Assembly (NCBI GenBank): GCA_965205675.1
Contig: OZ242186.1
Span: 1,664,001-1,728,000, forward strand
Reading direction: 5' to 3'
From: Nitrosopumilus sp.
GTDB taxonomy: Archaea > Thermoproteota > Nitrososphaeria > Nitrososphaerales > Nitrosopumilaceae
DNA length: 64,000 nucleotides
Part shown: one piece after another, positions 10,137 to 20,658 of the stretch
Position numbering within the stretch: the first letter of the stretch is position 1
Layout of the letters: each line of letters opens with the position of its first letter
Translations under genes and position numbers: made by a program
The notes under the pieces: model-generated
What the model was told of the DNA's origin: nothing
The model's input: the letters and a program-made list of their open reading frames with translations, nothing else
The model's database searches: none

Positions 10137-11690
10137 CTATACCCCCAGCACTCCATTCATGTATGGAATGATTGTCTTCAAGAAAATATCTGGATAAATA
10201 CCAACTACAATTGAGAATCCTGCTAATACCATCATTGGAGCAGTCATGTACCAACTTCCTTCTTTTACATTTTCAAGATGTTGAGGCGTCTTTCCAAAGA
10301 ATACACGTTTTAGCATCCAAAGCATGTAAGACATTGTTAGTGCAGTTGCAACAAGACCCAAACCAAATGTTACAGCTCTTAGTGTTGAACCTTCTTCAAT
10401 TGCAGTCTCTAATGCACCAAAGAAGAGAGGCCATTCGCCCATAAAACCACCTGTTGGTGGAATTCCCATGATAGTTAATGCGCCAATTACTGCACATACT
10501 GCAGTGATTGGCATCTTTCCTGCCAATCCACCTAATTTTGAAATGCTTCTAGTTCCAACTTTAACAATAATAATTCCTGCCATCATGAAGAGAATGCCTT
10601 TTCCAATTGCATGTGTTACATACATCATCTCTGCACCTGCAAGACCAAGTACCGAGATTGAACCAATGCCAAATAGGATATAACCCATCTGACTAATACT
10701 AGAATAAGCAAGCATACGTTTTAGATCATCTTGCATCAATGCCATGGCACCGCCATAAATCATTGTAACAAGACCCCAGATGTGTAACCATATCGAGAGT
10801 TCTGCAAATGTCAAGGGTAAGAATTCTACAATTAATCTGAAAATACCATAAGCTCCAATTCCGATCATGGCAGGAGATAACAGTGCACTGATTGGCGTGG
10901 GAGCTGAACCGTGGACATATGGTAGCCAAACATGGAACATAAAAACTGCCAGTTTAACTCCAAGTCCTATTACAATTGCAACTGCAGAATACATTACAAT
11001 GTCTGCAGGAATTTCAGATTCTCGGATATCAGCAAAATCAAAACTGCCAAGTGTAAGACCAATCATTAAAAATCCCAATAGTAAAACTACAGCACCTGCA
11101 TGAGTCCAAAACAAGAACATTAAACCAATCTTTCTTCTTGGACCATCACCCCAAAGTGCAACTAAAAAGAAACCAGGAATCAGCATAACCTCAAAGAAGA
11201 TATAAAATTCAATCAAATTTGTTGAAAGAACTGTTCCAAGCATACCCATTGCAAAGACAAGGTATAGTGCAAAGTAAAGTCCAGATTTTGCATTTACATA
11301 ATTTGTAAGAGAAGATGATTCAATGATAGATGTTTGGCCCCCAGAAGATGAAACCATTCTTTTCTCTTCTTCAAATTGCTCATGGAATTTATGAATCATG
11401 TATGGCTTTGAATAAATTGCCAAGATAGTAGACAAAACATAAATCATTATTGCAAACGGTGATGCTAATCCATCTAATAGGAATCCGAATTCTCCAAACT
11501 GGCTAGTCCACGGATAGTGTTCCTCTACGGTTCCAGATAGGGCTGCATTAATTACAAGAATTGTAGTGTATAATAGAATTGCAAATGTAAACCACATTGC
11601 AGGAGTTGGTCCCATTTTTCTTCCGAGAATATAGGCTATGGGAGATAAAAGCAGTGGCAAGAAAACTGCCTGCAATAAGGCATATTCCAT
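10137..11690 (-). CDS. nuoM: complex I subunit M
   Basis: FHVWLPYVHGSAPT and DLKRMLAYSSISQMG. Confidence 0.95.
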   Translation of the reverse strand: MEYALLQAVFLPLLLSPIAYILGRKMGPTPAMWFTFAILLYTTILVINAALSGTVEEHYPWTSQFGEFGFLLDGLASPFAIMIYVLSTILAIYSKPYMIHKFHEQFEEEKRMVSSSGGQTSIIESSSLTNYVNAKSGLYFALYLVFAMGMLGTVLSTNLIEFYIFFEVMLIPGFFLVALWGDGPRRKIGLMFLFWTHAGAVVLLLGFLMIGLTLGSFDFADIRESEIPADIVMYSAVAIVIGLGVKLAVFMFHVWLPYVHGSAPTPISALLSPAMIGIGAYGIFRLIVEFLPLTFAELSIWLHIWGLVTMIYGGAMALMQDDLKRMLAYSSISQMGYILFGIGSISVLGLAGAEMMYVTHAIGKGILFMMAGIIIVKVGTRSISKLGGLAGKMPITAVCAVIGALTIMGIPPTGGFMGEWPLFFGALETAIEEGSTLRAVTFGLGLVATALTMSYMLWMLKRVFFGKTPQHLENVKEGSWYMTAPMMVLAGFSIVVGIYPDIFLKTIIPYMNGVLGV

Positions 11691-11995
11691 TATCCTTTCA
11701 AACTCCTAAAGTCTGCAATATCGACATTTTGATACATACGGTAAGCTACAATAATTAAAGACAGCCCAACTGCAACTTCTGCTGCTGCAATTGCAATAGA
11801 GAATAATGCCATTGTTTGACCTCCACTATGGGGTAAAAATCTACCAAAAGCAACAATATTCAAATTTGCAGCATTGATAATAATTTCAACTGCAAATAAC
11901 ATTCGGATAAAATTACGTTTAACTGCAAGGCCATAGATTCCTATGCCCAACATAGCAACAGATACTAGTGTAAAATCAATTAACTCGCTGGTCAT
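11690..11995 (-). CDS. nuoK: complex I subunit K
   Basis: EIIINAANLN and AAAEVAVGL. Confidence 0.95.
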   Translation of the reverse strand: MTSELIDFTLVSVAMLGIGIYGLAVKRNFIRMLFAVEIIINAANLNIVAFGRFLPHSGGQTMALFSIAIAAAEVAVGLSLIIVAYRMYQNVDIADFRSLKG

Positions 11996-12488
11996 TTTCC
12001 ACGTCCTCTCGTTTGGCTAAAACTAATGCTCCTGTAACAGAACCTGCTAAAATTAATCCCATTAAAATTAATGCAGGCCAATAATATGTTACAAAGTCAA
12101 TACCTATATCTCTAAAGTTAGTTGCAGGTTCATCAGTAGTTATTGTTTTGATACCTGAATCTAAGAATATTGCACCTAGTGCAACCATCACTACAAGCAT
12201 CAAACCAATACCTGCAAATCTCCTTCTCTTGTCTTCAATTTTTTTGAAGATTAATTCTCGTTTTACTAACATGACAGTAAACAAAATTAAAACTGCAATA
12301 GATCCTACATAAACTGCTAATTGAAATAATGCGACAAATGGTGCATCCAACAAGAAAAAGAATCCTGCAACACCACCTAAAGTTCCCATTAAAGCAATTG
12401 AACCATAAATTAATGATCTTAATTCAAGTGCAGCAATTGCTGAACCTATTGTAATTACAGTTAATGCAAGAAATGCTGCATCAGCCAT
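11976..12488 (-). CDS. nuoJ: complex I subunit J (start taken at MADAAF, overlapping the nuoI end; ORF track extends to 12533)
   Basis: FQLAVYVGSIAVLILFTVML motif; operon position. Confidence 0.9.
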   Translation of the reverse strand: MADAAFLALTVITIGSAIAALELRSLIYGSIALMGTLGGVAGFFFLLDAPFVALFQLAVYVGSIAVLILFTVMLVKRELIFKKIEDKRRRFAGIGLMLVVMVALGAIFLDSGIKTITTDEPATNFRDIGIDFVTYYWPALILMGLILAGSVTGALVLAKREDVENDQRVN

Positions 12489-12978
12489 GTGTCGCACCTC
12501 TATCTGATATTTGGATTTCACTATCTTGTGCAACGTATGGTTTAACCTGAAGCTGAGCAGGAGTGTAAATCAAACCTTCTTTAGAAAATGAAGATAATTC
12601 ATAATCATTTGTCATGTAAAGAGCATAGAAAGGACATGCATCAACACAAAGACCACAAAAAACACATTTTCCATAATCGATTTGTGGCATTATTGATTTT
12701 TTATTTTGTTTTTGTTCTTCTGGAACTTTAACCATAGCAATTGCTTCAGCAACTCCCTCACATGCAATTGAACATAATTGGCAACCAGTACAATGATCAT
12801 GAAATAGCATGTGCCGTCCCTTTAATCCAGCAATTCCAACACCTGTAGATGGATCAAATTGATAACCATCCCCAACAAACTTTAGTTTTTCTTCAGGATA
12901 GCGAAGAGTAAATCTCTTTGTGGCAATATGTTTAATTCCAGAATTTAATGCACGAATAATGCCAGTTGCAGTTCCCAT
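12481..12978 (-). CDS. nuoI: complex I subunit I (2x[4Fe-4S])
   Basis: CTGCQLCSIAC and CVFCGLCVDACP. Confidence 0.95.
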   Translation of the reverse strand: MGTATGIIRALNSGIKHIATKRFTLRYPEEKLKFVGDGYQFDPSTGVGIAGLKGRHMLFHDHCTGCQLCSIACEGVAEAIAMVKVPEEQKQNKKSIMPQIDYGKCVFCGLCVDACPFYALYMTNDYELSSFSKEGLIYTPAQLQVKPYVAQDSEIQISDRGATHG

Positions 12979-14276
12979 TATTGTAGTCCTCCTGGTCCTA
13001 GCACGCCAGCGTAAAGCAAGCCTAGTGCAATAAAGATGTTAACGAAAGCTAACCCAATTAGTTTAGTCCATCCAAGATTCAATAACATATCAACTCTGAT
13101 TCTTGGGAAAACCCCTCGAGGTAATAATATGAAGAATATTACAGCAACGGTTTTTAAAACAAACCAGAATGTGCCATTAAGCATTGCTTGATCAAATAAT
13201 GGCAATCCCGGGAATGGTCCTACAGTAACAGGACCCATTTCAATTCCAGTTAAAAGTTCCGCGGGGAATGGAGGTACAACCATTGGACCATTCCAACCAC
13301 CTAAGAATAACACAACAAACAATCCGGCAAATGCATAAAGTTTCAGATATGTTCCTAGTTGAACAAGTCCATACATCATTCCAGATAATTCAGTCAACCA
13401 TCCCGCTACAATTTCACTTTCTGCTTCTGGTAAATCAAATGGAATTCTTTCCAACTCTGCAAGCATTGTAATAAAGAAAACAATTGCGCCCACAGGTAAA
13501 AATACAATCCATGGAAAACTGGATTGACTAGCAGCAATTTCAGATAAATCAAGAGAGCCAGTTAACATTACAACACCCAATAAAGATAAGATTAATGGAA
13601 TTTCAAATGAAACCATTTGGAATAAAGCCCTGATACCACCAATGAATGGGAATTTACTATTTGCAGACCATGCAGAAAGAATAGTGATGATTGGGAAAAA
13701 CCCAATCACAGCAAATACTCCAAGTAATCCAATTTCAACATCAGCAACTACCCAACCGGGTGCAACAGGAATGAATGCAACAAAAGCTGCAGCAGTTGCA
13801 ACAAAGAGTACCGGAGCTGCCCAGAAAATAGGTTTATCTGCTTTTGCAGGAATAATAATTTCTTTTGAAATTAATTTTAGACCATCACCCATTAATTGTA
13901 AAATTCCTTCAAATTTCCCACAATAGAAAGGACCAACTCTTAGTTGTAATTTTGCAAGCATCTTTCTTTCAACAAAAATCGTACCAGCAGCTATTAGTGC
14001 TGCAAATCCAAATCCTGGAAATGCCATAACTCTAAAGATATCAGTAGCCATGAATGCATGAACAATTGGAAGAATACGAGACGGGTCAGCCAGCCATGTA
14101 AACGCAAGGAATGGTGTAAGTAGCTCTCCATCAATTACAGGCATTTCAATGACAAATAGAATCATCATTATTGCTGGAAGACCAACTAAAACTACAATTA
14201 AGATAATCCAGAAAATGTTATCAAGTAAAGACTTGATAAATTCACTTAGTTTGAATTGTGGTGCAATAACTGACAT
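12978..14276 (-). CDS. nuoH: complex I subunit H
   Basis: ERKMLAKLQLRVGP and AELERIPFDLPEAESEIVAGW. Confidence 0.95.
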   Translation of the reverse strand: MSVIAPQFKLSEFIKSLLDNIFWIILIVVLVGLPAIMMILFVIEMPVIDGELLTPFLAFTWLADPSRILPIVHAFMATDIFRVMAFPGFGFAALIAAGTIFVERKMLAKLQLRVGPFYCGKFEGILQLMGDGLKLISKEIIIPAKADKPIFWAAPVLFVATAAAFVAFIPVAPGWVVADVEIGLLGVFAVIGFFPIITILSAWSANSKFPFIGGIRALFQMVSFEIPLILSLLGVVMLTGSLDLSEIAASQSSFPWIVFLPVGAIVFFITMLAELERIPFDLPEAESEIVAGWLTELSGMMYGLVQLGTYLKLYAFAGLFVVLFLGGWNGPMVVPPFPAELLTGIEMGPVTVGPFPGLPLFDQAMLNGTFWFVLKTVAVIFFILLPRGVFPRIRVDMLLNLGWTKLIGLAFVNIFIALGLLYAGVLGPGGLQ

Positions 14277-15413
14277 TTATCTGTCTGCCTCCACTGGCCA
14301 ATAGTTGAGACTCCAATAAACAGATGGCATGTTTCCAAGTTTTTCACCCCTGAGAAGATTTGGTAATGCAATCAAATTTCTAAAAGAAGGAACACTTAGT
14401 TTTACCCTATACGGTTCTGCTTTTGCATCTGAGACAATATAACAACCTAAAGAACCTCTGCCTGATTCTACACGTTTGTAAACAGATTCTAATCCTTTGG
14501 TTTTTGGATTTGGTTTTAGTTTAACTCTAACAGAACCAGACTTTGGCATTTTTTGTAATGCTTGTCTTATAATGTTACAACTTTCAATCATATCAAGCCA
14601 TGGAATTCTAGATCTTGCATAAGAATCCCCTTCCTTCATTACATTAGTATGAACATCTAGTTCATCATAGACATCATATGGTTCTTTTACTCTAAGATCA
14701 TAATCTACACCACTTGCACGAAGTACAGAACCTGTTGTTCCATATCTAATTGCATCTTGTCTTGATAAAACACCAGTATCCCTAGTTCTTGAAATTAGAA
14801 TCGGGTTGTCATAAAAGACTGCAGCATATTCTTTGATACGTTTTTCAAAATAGTTAACCTGACGTAGACAAACATCTTCAAAGTTTGGCGGTAAGTCATT
14901 TCTAACTCCGCCTGGAACAAAGTGAGCATGTGTTACTCTGGCACCTGTCATTTTCTCCATCAAATCAATTAAGAGTTCACGATCACCAGCAGGCCACATA
15001 AACATTGTAGAGTGTCCCAAAAAGATTCCATAGATTGCTAACCAATACATGATGTAGATACATCGGTTTAGTTCAGATGCAATTACTCTAACATATTTTG
15101 CACGTTCTGGAACTTCAATACCGAGAAGTTCTTCTGCTCCCAAAACATATGGATACAATACATTACAAGAATCATGAATTACAGGTCTTTCTAAATGAGG
15201 AATATTTGTAATATAATTTCTATACTCTGCCATTTTTTCCTCTCCCCGATGAACATATCCCGGATCTGGATCACACGCAACAATATAATCGCCATCAATT
15301 TGTACAATAATTCTCATATGGCCTGAGCCGGGATGTTGTGGTCCTACATTTAGAGTCATGATTCTCTCATCAACTTTTTGGAGTGCTAATCCAGGTGGCA
15401 ATCCTGCAGTCAT
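14277..15413 (-). CDS. nuoD: complex I subunit D
   Basis: LNVGPQHPGSGH, GYVHRGEEK and C-terminal EADR. Confidence 0.95.
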   Translation of the reverse strand: MTAGLPPGLALQKVDERIMTLNVGPQHPGSGHMRIIVQIDGDYIVACDPDPGYVHRGEEKMAEYRNYITNIPHLERPVIHDSCNVLYPYVLGAEELLGIEVPERAKYVRVIASELNRCIYIMYWLAIYGIFLGHSTMFMWPAGDRELLIDLMEKMTGARVTHAHFVPGGVRNDLPPNFEDVCLRQVNYFEKRIKEYAAVFYDNPILISRTRDTGVLSRQDAIRYGTTGSVLRASGVDYDLRVKEPYDVYDELDVHTNVMKEGDSYARSRIPWLDMIESCNIIRQALQKMPKSGSVRVKLKPNPKTKGLESVYKRVESGRGSLGCYIVSDAKAEPYRVKLSVPSFRNLIALPNLLRGEKLGNMPSVYWSLNYWPVEADR

Positions 15414-15515
15414 CTCTATCTACCTTTTATTGTAAAGTCCTTTCTAAGTGGTGGCAAGTCTGCAGTCATCTCTATCTACCTTTTATTGCAAAGTCCTTTC
15501 TAAGTGGTGGCAAGT
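15404..15515. repeat. 56-bp tandem duplication of the nuoC-nuoD junction
   Basis: 15404..15459 and 15460..15515 are identical except for one substitution. Confidence 0.9.
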
Positions 15516-16068
15516 CTGCCCAATCTTCTGGCAAAAGTAATCGTCTATTATCAGGGTGACCTTCAAAGAAAACTCCAAACATTTCAAAAACTTCTCTCTC
15601 ATGAAATTCGACACTGTAAAAAACATCTCTAAGAGTTGGAAGCTTTGTTGCATCATTTCCAGGGATTGGATTTGTTTCTCGTTGAGCTCTAGTAGCTAAA
15701 ACCAGAATCTGTCTTGCCAATGAAGATTCAGTATAAGATCCTATATGATAAACAACTTCAATTTCATTATCTTGAGGATAATCCACACCTGAAACAGATT
15801 CTACATGATCATAATTTAGTCCATCACGAATGAATTCGGCAACATCATGAACATTTTCTCGTCCAACATTAATTCTAACGCGGTCTTCTTTTACAAATCC
15901 AACTTTAACTTTATCACCAAATTTTTCAATAATCTTATCAGAAATACTTTTTTCAAAAACAGGTAATTCAACTGGTGTCGGTTCCGGTTTCTTTGCTGCA
16001 GGTTTGGGCGGAGGCGTTTCAACTTTAGGTGAGACATCTGCAGAAGAATTTTCAGTTTTAGTACTCAT
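15472..16068 (-). CDS. nuoC: complex I subunit C
   Basis: EREVFEMFGVFFEGHPDNRRLLLPEDW..PLRKDF. Confidence 0.95.
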   Translation of the reverse strand: MSTKTENSSADVSPKVETPPPKPAAKKPEPTPVELPVFEKSISDKIIEKFGDKVKVGFVKEDRVRINVGRENVHDVAEFIRDGLNYDHVESVSGVDYPQDNEIEVVYHIGSYTESSLARQILVLATRAQRETNPIPGNDATKLPTLRDVFYSVEFHEREVFEMFGVFFEGHPDNRRLLLPEDWADLPPLRKDFAIKGR

Positions 16069-16592
16069 TATACAAACTTCCTAGCCTTCATCCTCTTAAT
16101 TTTTTCTTGCAATAACATACATCCTTGGATGAGAGTTTCAGGTCTAGGTGGACAACCTGGAACATAGACATCAACTGGAATTACTCCATCAATTCCTGGA
16201 AGTACATTGTATGAATCAAAATACAAACCTCCAGTAATTGCACAAGCACCCATAGCAATTACATACTTTGGTTCTGGCATTTGATCATAAACTAATCTGA
16301 GACGTGGTGCCATTTTTCTTGTAATAGTTCCTTGAACAACTACAAGATCACATTGTCTTAATGATCCAAATGCTTCAATGATGCCAAATCTTTCAACATC
16401 ATATCTAGGACTTGATGCTGCCCCAAATTCTACACTGCAACAAGCTGTTTCAATGTGAACAGGCCAGAGTGACCAAATTCTACCCCAGTTAATGGCATAG
16501 CCTAATGGTTTATCAATTGCTTTTTCTAAAATATCTCCTAACTTTCCTACAAAGACATTTGCATTTTCTGGTGTGACTAAATCTTTAAGCAA
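16068..16592 (-). CDS. nuoB: complex I subunit B
   Basis: ACCSVE, GAC and VDVYVPGCPPRPE. Confidence 0.95.
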   Translation of the reverse strand: MLKDLVTPENANVFVGKLGDILEKAIDKPLGYAINWGRIWSLWPVHIETACCSVEFGAASSPRYDVERFGIIEAFGSLRQCDLVVVQGTITRKMAPRLRLVYDQMPEPKYVIAMGACAITGGLYFDSYNVLPGIDGVIPVDVYVPGCPPRPETLIQGCMLLQEKIKRMKARKFV

Positions 16593-16632
16593 TTTTATCC
16601 CCTATCCCCGTAAATGTGATTTATATAAAAAA

Positions 16633-17007
16633 CTACCATATCCTTCTTTTCCCTGATTGATACAATGCAAAAGCCATTGCACCAAACATTATTGCTAAAA
16701 ATCCCATCATTGGCAAAGTTGCCATCTTTGGAATTTCTAAAAGTGCACTACCCCACGCATACAAGAAAATTGCCATTACATCAAAAACAACAAACATGAG
16801 AATGTATGGATAATACTGCATCATGAAATGAGTTCTTCCCTCACCTGTTGGAACTTGACCACATTCCATCGGCAAGAACTTTACAGGATTACTTCTTTTT
16901 CGAGGAGAAACCATTCTTGAAATAAAAAGAGCTGGAGCCATCGCTATTATACCAAACGCAAACATCAATACAACGGTACTGTAATTGCCCGCTAATTCCC
17001 CGACCAA
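16633..17007 (-). CDS. nuoA: complex I subunit A
   Basis: ECG and FVVFDV motifs; first gene of the operon. Confidence 0.93.
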   Translation of the reverse strand: MVGELAGNYSTVVLMFAFGIIAMAPALFISRMVSPRKRSNPVKFLPMECGQVPTGEGRTHFMMQYYPYILMFVVFDVMAIFLYAWGSALLEIPKMATLPMMGFLAIMFGAMAFALYQSGKRRIW

Positions 17008-17088
17008 TTTAGCTTTTCACCCTAATTTTTGTATATAATTCAATCGTTTTAGGCACATTTTTAAGGTATAATGGTAGATATTAAGTAA

Positions 17089-18039
17089 ATGTCTACCTTT
17101 CTTTCAAAAACCAAAAATCGAGTCAGTTTTGAGGAGAGAATACAGACAAAAGCAGTCAATACTCAAAAAACATCCCAGTCAGCAATAAGAAACTTTGAGA
17201 GATTTTGCAAGGAAAACTATGGCAAATCAATGGAGGAGACAATATCAGAATATCAGAGAGTTGAGATGGAACTAGTCTATGAATCTCTTCAAGAGTGGAT
17301 AAACTGGAACCATACAAAGATCCACTCAAACAGCATTCCCACACTGTTTTCATACCTCAAAACATATCTGAGATATCACAAGATAAGAATTACAAAGGAA
17401 GATGTGGCAGAACAGTTGAGTTTTCCTCACAAGGTCAGAGAGGAGAAACATCCATTGACAAAAGAAGAGATAAGAAAGATAATTCTAGTCAGCAACAAAA
17501 ATAACATGATCAAGTTTTTGGCACAGTTGTCAAGCGGTATGAGAAGGGGGGAATTGCTCCAATTGCGTAAAAAAGACCTTGATACTACTCAAAAGAGAAT
17601 CATGGTAAAGATTCCTGCAAGCATCACAAAGACAAAAAAGTCAAGGGTGACTTTTTTTAGCAAGGAGGTAAGGCCTTTGCTTATGCCAATTCTGAGAAAA
17701 CTATCTGATGAGGATGACAGGGTGTTTTTTCGTGGAAAGGCAAATCCTGCAAATATAAGCAATCACTACCAGTTGATTCTCACAAAGTATCTAAAAAAAG
17801 CAGGACTGGATCAAAAATATGAATCAGGACTGCACAAGATAACAACACACAGTTTTAGGGCATATTTTATCACAAAGGTATCGCGACACGATCCAAACTT
17901 GGCAAAATACTTTGCAGGACAAGAACAGGCAAGGGATTTGTTGATGTATGACAGATTGACAACAGATGAAAGGTTGGAAAATTATATCAAATTTGAGCCT
18001 GATTTGCTAATATATGACAACAATAGACGACAGAATTAG
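17089..18039 (+). CDS. tyrosine recombinase/integrase 1
   Basis: SGMRRGE, TKTK, HSFR and C-terminal LMY; the usual GH is replaced by GQ. Confidence 0.9.
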   Translation: MSTFLSKTKNRVSFEERIQTKAVNTQKTSQSAIRNFERFCKENYGKSMEETISEYQRVEMELVYESLQEWINWNHTKIHSNSIPTLFSYLKTYLRYHKIRITKEDVAEQLSFPHKVREEKHPLTKEEIRKIILVSNKNNMIKFLAQLSSGMRRGELLQLRKKDLDTTQKRIMVKIPASITKTKKSRVTFFSKEVRPLLMPILRKLSDEDDRVFFRGKANPANISNHYQLILTKYLKKAGLDQKYESGLHKITTHSFRAYFITKVSRHDPNLAKYFAGQEQARDLLMYDRLTTDERLENYIKFEPDLLIYDNNRRQN

Positions 18040-18162
18040 AAGGGGATGTTTTAGGGTTGCAAAAGCAAATAAAAATCTGTCATCAAGATTTTATCAAAAA
18101 ATTATTATAACAAATATGAAAAATGTATGTTATGAATACAGCACTCCAATATAGAAAAATTA

Positions 18163-19552
18163 GTAACTGTCTAGAGTTTTGAAGTAAAATCTCCAAGATA
18201 TTCTAAAGAATAATCATGAAAGTTTAATCCTCGTAATCTGCATGTCTCCTTTATACTCATCAGTATCTTATGAGAATCAGCACCATGAATGGTTCTATGA
18301 CCGTTTGTAATTTTACGAATTATCACATTTGGTCTGATTGCCCTCTCTGCTGTGTTATTGTGTGAATCAGTTCCAGTAATTAGGAATGTAAAAAGCATTT
18401 TTCTCTCACGTTTCAATCTTTTTACAAACCTGATACAGTTTTTCTCTGTGTATTTTTTTGATATGATGTGATTAATTCTCCTTTCAAGATTCTTTTTTGC
18501 ATGGATTCTTTCTGATTCTGATTTTATTTTTGCCACACCATGAGAGTCATAAATTATTTTCTTGAGATTCTTGGCAAATGGTGCAAATTCTGGTCCGGGA
18601 TTCTTGTGATTAATGGTATCATTAACCTCTCTGAGATAATGGATGTGACATTTCTGGTGAGTGCTTCCAACATGGTTCCATGCAGGGTACGAATCACTTG
18701 TAATGTTGCCATCATATCCCTTGAGAATTCTCTTGGGAACATCCATTGAACGTGATTTGTCAATCTCGTAAATTACAGTCCATTTACTCACAAATGCCCA
18801 CAACCAGTGGTTCTGGCCATCTACCCTCCAACTTGTCTCATCACCATGTATGTTTAGATCTTCTTTTAACTCCACAATCATTGTATCATATCTGCTCCCA
18901 AATGCTTTTGATACTATTGATACTGCATGATTAATTGCAGATTCTGTAATGTGCAGTGAGAAGAGCATCTGCAAAAGATGAGATATTTTACCATACGATA
19001 ATCCGATAGTTTTTAGTGATGTGATTAGCACCATGAGCCTAATTCCAAACCTTTCATTTGACAGTACAGTGTGAATGTTACCCGAGATTTGTTTTTTGCA
19101 GTTTGTGCAGTATCGTCTAACTATCGTATATTTTGTCACAACTGCTTTTGCAGGAATGATGTCTTCTACTATTCTGGTGTATGAATCAGTTGGTTCTGAG
19201 AGTGATTTGCCACATGTGTTGCACTCTTTTTGGTCAACTGTAATGGCATCATCAATGTGTGCCCGTCTGCTTCTGCTTTTTCTAGGATGTCTTGATGTTT
19301 TCTTCTTTTTTGCAGTTTCAGTCTTGTTTGGTTTTGCTTTGATATTTCTTGCAACAAGTGTAGACACTGTTTGTTTTAGTTCTGCAATTTCTCTGTGTAA
19401 CTGACGGTTTTCTTGCTCCAACGAGTGACATCTGTTGCGATAATATTCCAGCTCATCATATACTGACAATTGTATATTGTAATTTGTCACTGATCAGAAA
19501 AGATATAGATAAAAAATATTAAAGAAAGTACTTCAAAACTCTAGACAGTTAC
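18163..19552 (-). mobile_element. IS66-family (single-ORF, ISBst12-like) element with apparently intact transposase 18171..19490
   Basis: Perfect 24-bp TIRs GTAACTGTCTAGAGTTTTGAAGTA (18163..18186 and 19529..19552); coiled coil, CxxC..CxxC zinc finger, HGDETSW, HQKCHIHYLR and HNNTAERAIRP. Confidence 0.92.
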
Positions 19553-19767
19553 AATAGAATTTCTAATCTAATTTGTCTATCATTTATAATTATGATTTGT
19601 AATGTATATTAATAAATAAATTATTTCTTTTCCATCTCGTAAAAACAATTAGAACATAAATATTCATAATCTAGATATTCATCAAATGTGAAAACCCATT
19701 TCTCTTTTCCACAAGAATCACAAATTCCTACAGTTCTATTTGTACCATCATGCATTATTCTAATTAT

Positions 19768-20451
19768 TCAAGACTGTTTTATATCATCTACGTTATAATC
19801 CAGTCTATTTATCATGTTTACAGTAAGATCAAGATTGTTCATCAGTGCTTGGTCTTTGTCTGGATGAAGATTCTTTTTTATCTCATTTATACCTGATTCT
19901 ACCAGTACGCTTGCCATGTCGCGATAGTATCTTTTGTGGGAATCTCTGTATCTTGTATCTGCAATATCATCTGCATTACTGTAGGTTTTATGTCCTCCAA
20001 TATTTTGAGACGTGATACCCTGAGGATGGAATGTAAAGATAGCATCAAGCAAATGTTTTATTGTATCTGGACTAAATATGTCAGAGGCAAGCTCCCTTTG
20101 AAGAGCTTTGAAATATTGCAAAACATACTCTTCTCCCACCAGATTAAAACTCAGAGTAGATTTTATTATTTCAGGACTTAGGTTTGAATAGATTTCCCTG
20201 ATGTATTTTTTGTCCTTGTGGTTGGAGGTTCCGGTAATTTTATCAGGTGTTGTATTGGAGATTTTAATCATATCAGATAACAGGACAAATCCCTGCATAG
20301 AATTTGTTATTCTTGATATAATGTCATTTTTTGCCTTGGAGAGCCTCTTTGTCTCAGTCTTTGAGCGGTTCCCAACTCCAAATTCTTGATTGTAGTGGCC
20401 CTTTAGAAAGTCAAGTATCTTTCTTTCAAACTGGGTAATTTCATCAGGCAT
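19768..20451 (-). CDS. hypothetical protein in defence island
   Basis: 227-aa ATG ORF; no motif recognised. Confidence 0.6.
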   Translation of the reverse strand: MPDEITQFERKILDFLKGHYNQEFGVGNRSKTETKRLSKAKNDIISRITNSMQGFVLLSDMIKISNTTPDKITGTSNHKDKKYIREIYSNLSPEIIKSTLSFNLVGEEYVLQYFKALQRELASDIFSPDTIKHLLDAIFTFHPQGITSQNIGGHKTYSNADDIADTRYRDSHKRYYRDMASVLVESGINEIKKNLHPDKDQALMNNLDLTVNMINRLDYNVDDIKQS

Positions 20452-20508
20452 TGCTTAAAATTGGTAGAAGTTTTATTAAAATCTACTTTAATTCACATCT
20501 TTGCAGAG

Positions 20509-20658
20509 TTATGCTTTTACACATATCTTTCCAGTCAGTAATTTTTGCATCAGACCTTTCTTTAGAATTTCTAGCTTTTTCTTGTATTCCTGGTTTTTCT
20601 GAATGTATGCATCAACTCCAGACAGGATTGACGCAATTTGCTTTTGTTCTTTAATCAT
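20509..20658 (-). pseudogene. 49-aa HsdS C-terminal conserved-region fragment (not in ORF track)
   Basis: Manual translation MIKEQKQIASILSGVDAYIQKNQEYKKKLEILKKGLMQKLLTGKICVKA*, the canonical HsdS tail EQ..IA.IL...D...LKKGLMQKLLTG. Confidence 0.8.

Noticed and set aside
6558-17007. Missing nuoEFG and M-before-L gene order as a novelty
   Set aside because: Typical of thaumarchaeal complex I operons
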